In this document: piece after piece, positions 21,720 through 30,232 of the stretch
Position numbering within the stretch: position 1 is the stretch's first letter
Layout: the number at the start of each line of letters is the position of its first letter
Source: Pirellulales bacterium
GTDB taxonomy: Bacteria; Planctomycetota; Planctomycetia; Pirellulales; JAICIG01
Assembly (NCBI GenBank): GCA_040901675.1
Contig: JBBDYJ010000038.1
Location: 32,001 to 96,000, forward strand
Reading direction: 5' to 3'
DNA length: 64,000 nt
Translations under genes and position numbers: made by a program
Notes under the pieces: generated by a model
The model's input: only the letters and a program-made list of their open reading frames with translations
What the model was told of the DNA's origin: nothing
Database searches by the model: none

Positions 21720-23600
21720 TCAGCGTGCCGGCTGGAGCCATTCGGCCGGCACCTTCCACAAGCGAAGTGTCTTGTCCTCGCTGCCAGTCGCCAGTGTGGC
21801 GCCGTCGGGAGCAAAAACCGCCGTGAGCACGCCCGCCTGGTGATCCGCGATGGTCCGTTTGCGCTCGCCGGTGGCGGCGTCCCAGAGAGTCACGCTTCCA
21901 TTCCAGTCCGCTGCGGCCAGCAAACGGCCATCGGGCGAGAACGTGACCCACAGCAAGTGACTCGCGGACGCCCCCTTTTCACTCGCAAACGACTTCACGA
22001 GCGATCCGTCGCGGAGCTGATAGATATCGACTTGCGCGACGCTCTTGTCCCCGGACGAGCTTGCCGACGGACAAGCGATCGTTTCGCCGTCGGGAGAGAA
22101 ATCGGCTCGCAGCCGACCTGGAAATATGCGAGCCAACTCCCCCGTTGCTTGAGCCCACAGTTTCACTGGTCCCTCGTTCGACGAACTCGCCAGGTGCGTG
22201 CCGCCGACGGAATACCTGATGAACGTGACCGGCTGGTCGTCGGAGATCGATCGCACCAGGCTGGCCCGCTCCACGTCCCAGAACTCGACTCCACCCGATT
22301 CTCTTCCACCGCTTCCGCCGAACCGCCCCCACTCGGTGATGCCGGCCGCCAGCACCTTGCCATCGGGCGAGAACGCCAACGGCGAGAGCGGCTGGTCGGT
22401 GGCCCATTTCCGCCTGATCTTGCCGGAAGCCGCATCGCGCAACTGTATTTCGAAGCCGATGACCGTCGCCAGGGTCTTTCCGTCCGCTGTTCCGGCTACC
22501 CAGCCGGCGCCAGCTACCGTTTCGGACCACCGCAACTGGCCAGTCGCCACGTCCCACTGGCGAAGCTCGTTCGGCCGCCGGTCGAGCGGCGGCACCGATT
22601 CCGGATCCCGCATCAACGCGGTGATCGTCGCGCCCTGTCGGCCCCAGACGATGCCGGCGGGAACACGGTCGCGGGCCAGGACGCCCTCCGCCAGCATGGC
22701 CGCGGCGTCCGGCGCAACCGCGTCGGGCTGCGCCGGTTCGCTTCGGCGGGGCGCCCCCACGACGATGCCCGGCTGAAAACCATCCGGTATGCTCAACGAG
22801 AACAGCCGGGCGTCCAGCCGCTCGTTCCAGACGAGCTCGTCGAAGCGAATTTCCGTCTCGGCCTTCGGGTCGGAATCCCGAATCACGATCTTGGCCGGAA
22901 GTTCGCTCTCCGCGTCGACCCACACCAGCATCTCGGCATCTGCCTTCATGCCGAGCAGGTCCACCTCGCGAAGCCGATAGACTTGCGTGCGGCGGCCCTG
23001 GAGGACCTCCTCGCCGAGCGGCTCCGCGTCGTTCGACTTTGCACGCCGCAACTGGTCGATCGGATTGGCGAACTCCCGGGCCACGTTCGCATCGATCTCG
23101 GCCGGCTGGGCCAGCCGGCGATGCACGTCCAGGAACAAGGCTTGCTTCCGGTCAAGGTCTGCTACATGAATCAGCATGCCGTCGAACTGTTCGATGCGCA
23201 GCCGGTTGCCTTCGAGATACATCCGGCCGCTGATTGCCGGTTGCCGACCGAACCGCGTGGTCATCGTCAAACGCACCGAGCTGGCGCCCTTCACCTTTTC
23301 AACCACCTGGGCAAAGGCCTGGCCCGAGTCGTCGCGCAACGACGCGCTCCCGATCCACGCGGCCAACACGGCCGCGGCAGCGGCCAGGCCGCCGGCCACG
23401 GAGCGGTAGTTTTTCCAACTCCGATGGGGCGAGCCGCCGGCACGCGCTAGCGCGGCTGGCGCTGCCGCCAACTGCCTGGCCCGCGCTTTAACCCGCCCAA
23501 CGGCGTCTTCAGGGACCGCCTCAGCCAGTGCGGCCCGGACCGCCGCTTCCAGTGGCGGTTGGAGGCTCTCGAAATCGGTGGGACGATGTTCGTCGTTCAT
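21720..23600 (-). CDS. Putative anti-sigma factor with TM helix, LolA-like and WD40 extracytoplasmic domains
   Basis: ATGA overlap with upstream ECF sigma; AFAQVVEKVK segment; C-terminal WD40 repeats (FSPDG..LA..WD). Confidence 0.75.
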   Translation of the reverse strand: MNDEHRPTDFESLQPPLEAAVRAALAEAVPEDAVGRVKARARQLAAAPAALARAGGSPHRSWKNYRSVAGGLAAAAAVLAAWIGSASLRDDSGQAFAQVVEKVKGASSVRLTMTTRFGRQPAISGRMYLEGNRLRIEQFDGMLIHVADLDRKQALFLDVHRRLAQPAEIDANVAREFANPIDQLRRAKSNDAEPLGEEVLQGRRTQVYRLREVDLLGMKADAEMLVWVDAESELPAKIVIRDSDPKAETEIRFDELVWNERLDARLFSLSIPDGFQPGIVVGAPRRSEPAQPDAVAPDAAAMLAEGVLARDRVPAGIVWGRQGATITALMRDPESVPPLDRRPNELRQWDVATGQLRWSETVAGAGWVAGTADGKTLATVIGFEIQLRDAASGKIRRKWATDQPLSPLAFSPDGKVLAAGITEWGRFGGSGGRESGGVEFWDVERASLVRSISDDQPVTFIRYSVGGTHLASSSNEGPVKLWAQATGELARIFPGRLRADFSPDGETIACPSASSSGDKSVAQVDIYQLRDGSLVKSFASEKGASASHLLWVTFSPDGRLLAAADWNGSVTLWDAATGERKRTIADHQAGVLTAVFAPDGATLATGSEDKTLRLWKVPAEWLQPAR

Positions 23601-24136
23601 TTCGGATCTCCTTGGTTGAAGACGGCCAGCCGCGTCAGCAGACGTTGACGCGCCTTGTACAACGTCGTCGAGACGGCTTCCGGGGAAACGCCCAGCGTCG
23701 CGGAAATCTGGTCGCGCGACAGTTGCTCGAAGTGGAACATCACGAAGACCGCGGCCTGCTGGTCGGGCAACTGGGCCATGGAGTTGCGCAGCCATTGCGC
23801 CAACTCGGCAGCCGCCACTTGATCGAAAGGCTCCACGATCGACATCCGGTCGCTTTCGCGCAGCTCTTCGGACGGTCGATTGCGGCGGAGCCGGTCGATG
23901 GACCGCAACGTCGCAAGCCGCACGAGCAACCCCGGCCAACTCTGGACCGGGCCGACCTTGTGCAAGCGGAAAGCTTCGGTGAACACGTCCTGCGACACGT
24001 CTTCGGCATCCTCGACACACCCCAGGATCCGCACCGCCACTCGGAACACGCGTTTCGCGTGACGCTCGACAATCCGGTCCCAATCAGGCAATTCGCCGTC
24101 CGCCATGCCGTCCGCCTCCGCCTCGAGGTATCTCAC
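23597..24136 (-). CDS. ECF RNA polymerase sigma factor
   Basis: DAEDVSQDVF region 2; LPDQQ..VF...IS..LGVS...V.TTLYKAR region 4. Confidence 0.9.
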   Translation of the reverse strand: MRYLEAEADGMADGELPDWDRIVERHAKRVFRVAVRILGCVEDAEDVSQDVFTEAFRLHKVGPVQSWPGLLVRLATLRSIDRLRRNRPSEELRESDRMSIVEPFDQVAAAELAQWLRNSMAQLPDQQAAVFVMFHFEQLSRDQISATLGVSPEAVSTTLYKARQRLLTRLAVFNQGDPK

Positions 24137-24321
24137 GGGCGTCTATCAGGTAGTCGCAGCAGCCGTCCCCGCATGACCCGAAAAAACCAAACCGGGCTGC
24201 GCGGGCATTCCTTGAAGTCCGCGCCGACCTTCTGGCAGAAGAGAAGCCGCCGTCCGTCGAGCGCGACGCAAGTGACGCGGCTGAACGACTTACGGGACTG
24301 TACAGCCCCGGACGGCCCGGA

Positions 24322-24449
24322 CGGGGCGAAAGTCAATGGCCGGGTGGCGTAGCCCCCGCCAGCGCGCCATCGACACCGTCGTAAGCCCCGTGACCCTGGC
24401 GTGGCTGGGTGGCTGGGGCAAAGTCCCGGCGCGCCGGGATGCCCCAGTT
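24322..24449 (+). repeat. Two abutting REP-like palindromic elements
   Basis: Matches 15781-15850 and the GGGTG(G/C)CTGGG...TGCCCCAG family. Confidence 0.7.
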
Positions 24450-24458
24450 GCAATTTGA

Positions 24459-24484
24459 GGAAGTTATTTTTCGGCCGATCTTAA
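24459..24484 (-). mobile_element. Orphan IS terminal inverted repeat (ISAzo13-like)
   Basis: Reverse complement TTAAGATCGGCCGAAAAATAACTTCC matches the IS end at 44994 (TTAGGAACGGCCGAAAAATAACTTCC). Confidence 0.6.
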
Positions 24485-24862
24485 GCGACAGTGATCTTGG
24501 CGCGGCGTTCACTACCCCCGCGGCGGTGCCGCTGATTATTGCTATTAGTATTGCTAAAAGCCTCCGTCCAGGCCACTTGGACTGGGCGGAGGCTTCAGCT
24601 TGCCGGGCAGGTTTAGGTGAATGGCCTTTCAACAAAGAAGGGACATCGCCTGCCCGGCACACGTCAGTATACCGCGAGTCGAGCGCCGAGTCGAACCCTC
24701 GGCCGCAATCGCTCGCTTCAGGCCGATCCTCGGCCTCGGCATCAGGGGTTAACTCCCCCACCATCCCCCCGGTTCTTCGGGGGAAGCCGGCCGCGGTTGG
24801 CGTGCCGGCGGCCGCCCGTCTGACGGCAGCCACCGCAACCACCTTGAGCGACGGGGTGAGTC

Positions 24863-25195
24863 ATGGACCGAAGTGTCACGGTTTTCCTCGTCGGAACCGG
24901 TGTCTCCTTGCTGATATCGATCGTCGTGGTGGTTTTCCTGCGACGACGTTTGCGAGGCGTTCTGGCGGACCTGTGCGGTACGCCGGAGCGCGGAGACTTC
25001 TGGACCGATTTTTCGACGGTGCTTTTCGTCCTCGTGCCTCTTGTTCTCGCACTGTTCAGCCGGCCCAGCGGCGACGCAGATGCCTCGCTCCTTTTCGGGG
25101 TGACTGCTCACCTGAGGTGGGCGCTGATGGGTTTACTGGGCACTTTGTGCACCGTGGGCATGATGATCGCCTGGTTCGTGCGGCCGACAACGTAG
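24863..25195 (+). CDS. Small membrane protein
   Basis: Three TM segments, DLCGTPERGDFW. Confidence 0.7.
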   Translation: MDRSVTVFLVGTGVSLLISIVVVVFLRRRLRGVLADLCGTPERGDFWTDFSTVLFVLVPLVLALFSRPSGDADASLLFGVTAHLRWALMGLLGTLCTVGMMIAWFVRPTT

Positions 25196-25340
25196 CGGCA
25201 CTGCGCAAGTGCCGCGGGCGCCAGGTCGCACCAGAAACTCCGCCGGGGCGGCGGGGCGCCGAGCCGGGGTCGGGCGAACCTGCCCGCCTGAACGAATGCC
25301 CGGCGGCCCCAAGCTCCTCGTGCTCGGCGCCACGCGAGAG

Positions 25341-25508
25341 TTATGCCAGAGGGTCCTGGCTGCCGCGCGAACCCAACGCTAACAGCGCGAGCGACCACAG
25401 CGCAAACGCCGTAACGCTATTCGGGTTGCCCAGCAGCCAGGCAACCGCCGCTGCCATGGCCGTCGCGACGAAAAGCCACCAGAGCGGGAATTGAAACCTT
25501 TTAGCCAT
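25341..25508 (-). CDS. Small membrane protein, planctomycete 'RFQF' anchor family (possibly truncated)
   Basis: MAKRFQFPLWWLFVATAMAAAVAWLL...; overlaps upstream paralogue; not in ORF track. Confidence 0.5.
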   Translation of the reverse strand: MAKRFQFPLWWLFVATAMAAAVAWLLGNPNSVTAFALWSLALLALGSRGSQDPLA

Positions 25509-25947
25509 CGCTTTCGCCGCTTCGCTTCAGGCACCACTGAAACGCTGCAGACAATACGCCGATGAGCAGCGCGACTCCCCAGAAAAACAGCACGGGTAAA
25601 CGGTACGCGTTGATTTCCTCCAGCACCACGCGCGTGTAATCAAAATCGCTCGGTTCCACCGTATAAACGCTAAACTCGCGAATTCTCCCGTCCCTTCTTG
25701 AAAAGACGGACACCAGCATGACAACGCACGCCAACAGCGGGACAATTCCGCCCAAACAAACAGCGCGTGCATAATCGCGACAGTGGACGCACCCGATGAG
25801 GAGGAGACTTGAAAGAGCGATCGCCAACAACAGTATCAGCAAGCCGCTGAACCAGGTCGGGTGAGTCGAAAGAGCAAATGCCAAAACGGCAACGGCAGTC
25901 GTCAAGGCAAACAACGATGGCAAACGGAAGTTGAATCTATGGCTCAT
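25501..25947 (-). CDS. Membrane protein, 'RFNF/QFS' anchor family
   Basis: MSHRFNFRLPSLFALT, four TM segments. Confidence 0.65.
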   Translation of the reverse strand: MSHRFNFRLPSLFALTTAVAVLAFALSTHPTWFSGLLILLLAIALSSLLLIGCVHCRDYARAVCLGGIVPLLACVVMLVSVFSRRDGRIREFSVYTVEPSDFDYTRVVLEEINAYRLPVLFFWGVALLIGVLSAAFQWCLKRSGESDG

Positions 25948-26362
25948 TTGTATCCCCTTCCGAACCGCGAACCAGCAGCCAGCGGAAAGCGACGCACAGG
26001 AGGCCGAGCGGCACGATGCAAAGCCAGCAGATGGCCACGATGGCTTGAATATGGTCAGTGGCGTCGAGGCCAAACCCCGACCCCTGAACCATGAAAAACG
26101 TCGGCGCCCGTGTTAACCGTTCGAAGTGAAACCAGCACACCAATGATGGAGCAAGCGTTCCAATGAAGAAGGCCCGGCGATATCCGGCCGTGGAAAGGCA
26201 TCCAACCAAGGAAACTGCGGGGAATCCGCACAAGAGCATGATCAGGACGACGCCCGTCGCCATGTTGCGCTCCCCGCCAACTGCAAAGACAGCAAGTGCT
26301 ACAACAGCCGTCAGTGCGAGCAGCATCCCGATACTGAACTGCAAGCGCCTTGGCTTATCCAT
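25937..26362 (-). CDS. Membrane protein, 'LQFS' anchor family
   Basis: MDKPRRLQFSIGMLLALT, four TM segments, similar layout to downstream gene. Confidence 0.65.
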   Translation of the reverse strand: MDKPRRLQFSIGMLLALTAVVALAVFAVGGERNMATGVVLIMLLCGFPAVSLVGCLSTAGYRRAFFIGTLAPSLVCWFHFERLTRAPTFFMVQGSGFGLDATDHIQAIVAICWLCIVPLGLLCVAFRWLLVRGSEGDTNEP

Positions 26363-26742
26363 GGTCCTTGCCTCCCCAACCGGCGCTGCGAACCAGCAGC
26401 CAACGAAACGGGCTTAAGCAAATGCACGTCGAAGCCCGCTTGCCGGCATCGCTCCACGTCGGCCTGTTGGCCGTAGCCGGTCAGGGCGATCAGAATTGCC
26501 CTATCGACGAGTGGCCTCAAGTGCTTCGCCAGATCGTATCCGTCCATGCCCGGCAGCCCCAGGTCGAGCAGAATGATTTTTGGCTGGAAGGCGGGCACTA
26601 TGGCCAAGGCTTCAGCCCCCGTGCTGCAAGGCATGACCGAATAGCCCCACATCACGAGCAATCGGGCCAGCATCTCCCGCGTGTCCTGGTGGTCCTCCAC
26701 GAGCAAGATTCGCGTGGCCACGTCCTCCGAAGTTCCCGCCAT
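26311..26742 (-). CDS. Single-domain response regulator, C-terminus disrupted
   Basis: ILLVEDH, LLDLGLPGMDGY, ALTGYG, HLLKPV followed by unrelated sequence. Confidence 0.7.
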   Translation of the reverse strand: MAGTSEDVATRILLVEDHQDTREMLARLLVMWGYSVMPCSTGAEALAIVPAFQPKIILLDLGLPGMDGYDLAKHLRPLVDRAILIALTGYGQQADVERCRQAGFDVHLLKPVSLAAGSQRRLGRQGPWISQGACSSVSGCCSH

Positions 26743-27078
26743 GGGAAGTGTCCTCTGTGGGCATCCGGCTGAACCGTGGTGTGAAGGTCCATGCCTGGAA
26801 TCTTCATCTATTCTAATCCGGTCCTGGCAGTGTCCATACGGCCGCCCAAAGATAATCAGTCACCTAGCTGACCAATCAGCCCACTCCCGATACATGACAG
26901 GGCCTAGCAGACTTTAGCCGCAGGGCCGTTATGCCCTGCGTGCCTGTCCAAAGGCCCCGGCCGGTACGCCAGAGGCGCTGCCTTTTGGGGATGGGCCTGG
27001 CCGACTGGAAGATGCTGGAGGTAAAGCGTTCCAGGTTTAGTAGCCGCATCGAGTTACGACCGAGATACGAGGTCCCGC

Positions 27079-27456
27079 TCACTGCAACCTCGCCAATGCC
27101 GCCAATGCCTCCCGCGCCTTATCGACCCCTCCGAGTTGCTCGGCCAGCTCCTTCGCTCCGATCAGCTCGCTGAGGGAGACACGATCTGACGATGCAGCCG
27201 CGGCGCCACGGCGGACAGACTTCTTCCTTCGCTTTTTCGGAGCTGGCGCATTCAGTTCGACCGACTTCCTGCGGCCGCGTCGCCCATTGCTCGCTTTCCT
27301 GTTGCCGCTGTACTTGATCTTGCTCACCAGGGCGACGGATGTCGTGATTCCTTGCGCCTTCAAGCCTGCCAGCGCCTCCGGCACGCTGGCACCGGGGTTC
27401 TTGCTGAAGTAGGCACGAACTGCCGTGCTTTTGCTACCATGGACTGCCTTTGCCAT
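27079..27456 (-). CDS. Small basic protein, putative DNA-binding
   Basis: SKSTAVRAY...VSKIK, Lys/Arg-rich linker, C-terminal AKELAEQLGGVDKAREAL. Confidence 0.7.
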   Translation of the reverse strand: MAKAVHGSKSTAVRAYFSKNPGASVPEALAGLKAQGITTSVALVSKIKYSGNRKASNGRRGRRKSVELNAPAPKKRRKKSVRRGAAAASSDRVSLSELIGAKELAEQLGGVDKAREALAALARLQ

Positions 27457-27755
27457 CGTTTCTCTCCCTGTTTTTAGGCCCCCTTTTGGATCAAGCGTAA
27501 TCAGCTTTGAGGAGATTGCTAGGGGCGGGGCCAAGGAGTCTGACCATGGCACTTGCTGTTGCGATCGGTTGGCAGGCACTCGTCCTGACTTCGATCGTTT
27601 TGACCGGTCTAGTGATCTGGCGCAAGCGTGCGGCCGGCATTCTTTCGGGAGCCGCTATGGTCGCTGGGGCGATATTGTCGTTCGGCCCCTAGACGAGCGG
27701 ATTCTCTCCCGGCGGCTTGCTCCAAGCGGGCCTCAGGTAGTGGGGACTGCTTCCA

Positions 27756-27917
27756 TCACAGTCGGCCCATCAGGAACAGAATAAGGAGGATGATCAGGAT
27801 TAACCCGACGAGGCCGCCGCCCCCGGCGAGGACGTTGTTGCCGCGGCGGTAGCCGTAGCCGCCGCCCAGCACGACGAGAATCAAGATCACGACAAGGATC
27901 AGTACCAGAGGACTCAC
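27756..27917 (-). CDS. DUF3309-like small membrane protein (53 aa)
   Basis: GTG start with AAGGGGAG RBS; LILVVILILVVLGGGYGYRRG...GGGGLVGLILIILLILFLMGRL; below ORF-track cutoff. Confidence 0.7.
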   Translation of the reverse strand: MSPLVLILVVILILVVLGGGYGYRRGNNVLAGGGGLVGLILIILLILFLMGRL

Positions 27918-28261
27918 GAATCTCCCCTTTCGATGGTCTGAGACACGGTCAAGGTTGAGGAACGCGCTTCAATCGGTTGCCCCGCGGCCAGCGTCCACCC
28001 CGTCAGGGACTCGGGGACCGGGTTCAAGAAATCCACCCGCCCTTCGGCGTCGTCGATGTTCTCCGGCGAAGGGTCCGTCATAACCGTCCCTCGAGGAGTC
28101 GCTTCGTCATCTGGCAGCTCGCGCCCGCGTTCGACGATAACGAAGCGTGAACCGGAATTCCAGCGAATTCCTTGGGCTTCTAGCGCTTTATCTCCAACAT
28201 CTCTAGTTCGGCCTGGACGGCCCGCCGAAACCGGTCCATGGCCGATGCGGACGCCTCGTCG

Positions 28262-28600
28262 TCAGTCAAGTATCGGGAATCCAGAGGCTGTTGACGTATT
28301 CCGCGCATGCCTCCCGCAGGCCGAGCGAGTTGCGACCACACTAGCCGCGAAGGGCAGATAAAAAGGCAGGATGGCCAGCAGATCGACGATGGCCATCGGC
28401 GTCAGGGCGAAACGCAGGCGGCCGAGGGAGTCAGCATAGTTCGGTGACGCAGTGCACGACCAAAGGCGCAGAAGGTACTCGACGGTGAACACCGCGACAG
28501 AGGCTATCTCGAACCACCGGAAAAATGCAGGTGCCGCGCTGTGGATCGGCTCGACGGTCTCCAGCACGAAGGCGGCGATGTTTGCCAGGATCAAGGCCAC
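28262..28600 (-). pseudogene. Ion transporter (voltage-gated K+ channel-like) fragment
   Basis: LETV..FEIASVAVFTVEYLLRLW...AIVDLLAILPFYL, then sequence diverges; no pore domain. Confidence 0.7.
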
Positions 28601-28629
28601 GAGGCCGGCCCGTACTAATTAGCGTTCGC

Positions 28630-28833
28630 CGTTGCGGATCGCACCTCCGTCAACAGCAAGGGTTCAAGTCGGTGCTCGTGGCGCTCACGGGGTACGGGCA
28701 AGCCAAGGACCATCAGCGGGCGCAAGAAGCTGGCATCGACCTGCACTTGCTCAAGCCAGTCGGTCTCGTTGGATTGCAGGAGATTCTGGCATCGGCTGCC
28801 GCGCGAATGCGCGCCGCCCGTGTGGACGGCTGA
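28630..28833 (+). pseudogene. C-terminal fragment of a receiver domain
   Basis: LVALTGYGQAKDHQRAQEAGIDLHLLKPV with no N-terminal half. Confidence 0.65.
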
Positions 28834-28954
28834 ACCAGCCTATTTGGCCCCAGCCGGCCGGAGGAGCGCCAGATCTCCTCATTCCACGGAATGACTTTTG
28901 CATATGCGGACAGTCAGCTTCGAGGTTCCCCCCTATACCCCACCGGAAGGGGCC

Positions 28955-29311
28955 ATGCGAATCATTGTCGTGGACGACCACTGTGACAGCGCGGAGGTTT
29001 TGGCCATTCTGCTGCGGGGGAAGGAGCGCCAGGTCAAAGTTTGTCACAGCGGGACGGAGTGCTTGAGCCTTGTTGATTCTTTCGAGCCGCAATTCGTGCT
29101 GCTCGATCTTTGTATGCCTGGCATGGACGGCTGGGAGACAGCGCGGTGTCTACACGAGCACCATCCGACCGTGCGTTTGATTGCCATCACGAACCTGGAT
29201 ACCGAAAACGATCGACGGCGATCCGAAGAGGCCGGCTTCGAGCAGCACATGACCAAGCCTGTGCGGCTCGACAAGCTGCTGCCGATCATGAATCAGCTTG
29301 CGGCTGGTTGA
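28955..29311 (+). CDS. Single-domain response regulator
   Basis: MRIIVVDD, LLDLCMPGMDG, HMTKPV. Confidence 0.85.
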   Translation: MRIIVVDDHCDSAEVLAILLRGKERQVKVCHSGTECLSLVDSFEPQFVLLDLCMPGMDGWETARCLHEHHPTVRLIAITNLDTENDRRRSEEAGFEQHMTKPVRLDKLLPIMNQLAAG

Positions 29312-29352
29312 CCTGACATGGCTCGCGGAGCGGATTCTGTCGGGCGCCAAGA

Positions 29353-29721
29353 ATGGACGTCCAGCAATTCGGCACAAGGATGCAGCGGCGACTCCTCATT
29401 GTCGAAGATCACCCCGACACGGCCGGCACACTGGCTGTCCTGGCCCGTTGCTGCCTGTTTCGAACGCTCATTGCGGCCTCTGGCTTCATGGGCGCGGACA
29501 TCTGTTCGTGGTGGAAACCCGATGTCGTGCTGATCGACTTGTCGCTTCCCGACATCGATGGCCGGGCCATGGCCTACGCCATTCGTACAGTCCTCAAGAC
29601 CGCGAAACTGATTGCGATCGGCGAGGGAGGCGTCAATGCCTTCGATCTTGAGCAAGCTGGCTTCGACGACCATGTCTTGAAGCCGGTCACCTTGGAGCGA
29701 CTGAAGGACGTGCTGCCGTAG
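29353..29721 (+). CDS. Single-domain response regulator
   Basis: LLIVEDH, LIDLSLPDIDG, HVLKPV. Confidence 0.8.
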   Translation: MDVQQFGTRMQRRLLIVEDHPDTAGTLAVLARCCLFRTLIAASGFMGADICSWWKPDVVLIDLSLPDIDGRAMAYAIRTVLKTAKLIAIGEGGVNAFDLEQAGFDDHVLKPVTLERLKDVLP

Positions 29722-29996
29722 GGCGGGACAGCTTCCAGCCGACGAGCCGCTGGTTCGCCTCGATCATGCGGTTGGAGTCGATCGAGCCGGCGCGCAGGGC
29801 GGCATAGAGAGCTTCGGTCATCGAGCGGCGTCCTTTCGTGACAAAGTGCCTACAAAACCCGCATTTGCCGCTAGCCACCACGCGTCGGATCGGATACGGC
29901 TGGTTTTCTCAGAAAACCGTTCTTCTCTGGGTTTCCGTGCCATGTACGATTTGAACGCGGTGCGCAGTAGCGATGACGTAATGTCTTTGCCAGACA

Positions 29997-30035
29997 ACAA
30001 AAAAGACTCGCTGACAGGGGCTGTCAACGAGTCTT
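29997..30035 (-). terminator. Intrinsic terminator after tRNA-Ala
   Basis: AAGACTCG-C-TGACAG-GGG-CTGTCA-A-CGAGTCTT hairpin with U-tract on minus strand. Confidence 0.75.
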
Positions 30036-30041
30036 GGCCAG

Positions 30042-30114
30042 TGGAGCGGAAGGGAGTCGAACCCTCGACCTCTGCATTGCGAACGCAGCGCTCTCCCAAC
30101 TGAGCTACCGCCCC
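30042..30114 (-). tRNA. tRNA-Ala(CGC)
   Basis: GGGGCGGTAGCTCAGTTGGGAGAGCGCTGCG-TTCGCAA-TGCAGAGGTCGAGGGTTCGACTCCCTTCCGCTCCA; G3:U70 pair; CCA not encoded. Confidence 0.95.
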
Positions 30115-30232
30115 AATTCCAGGCCTTCGAACCATCGCCGGCCTGCGGGACAACACATTTTAGAACCGCTCTCGAAGCTTGTCAAAAGGACCTGTTCGTA
30201 GTGACCCGCATTCATGCGGTCGGCAAACGATC

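Noticed and set aside
30042..30114. tRNA-Sec (selC), or a prophage att site
   Set aside because: It is a 73-nt tRNA with a CGC anticodon and Ala identity; no integrase or duplicated 3' end was found.
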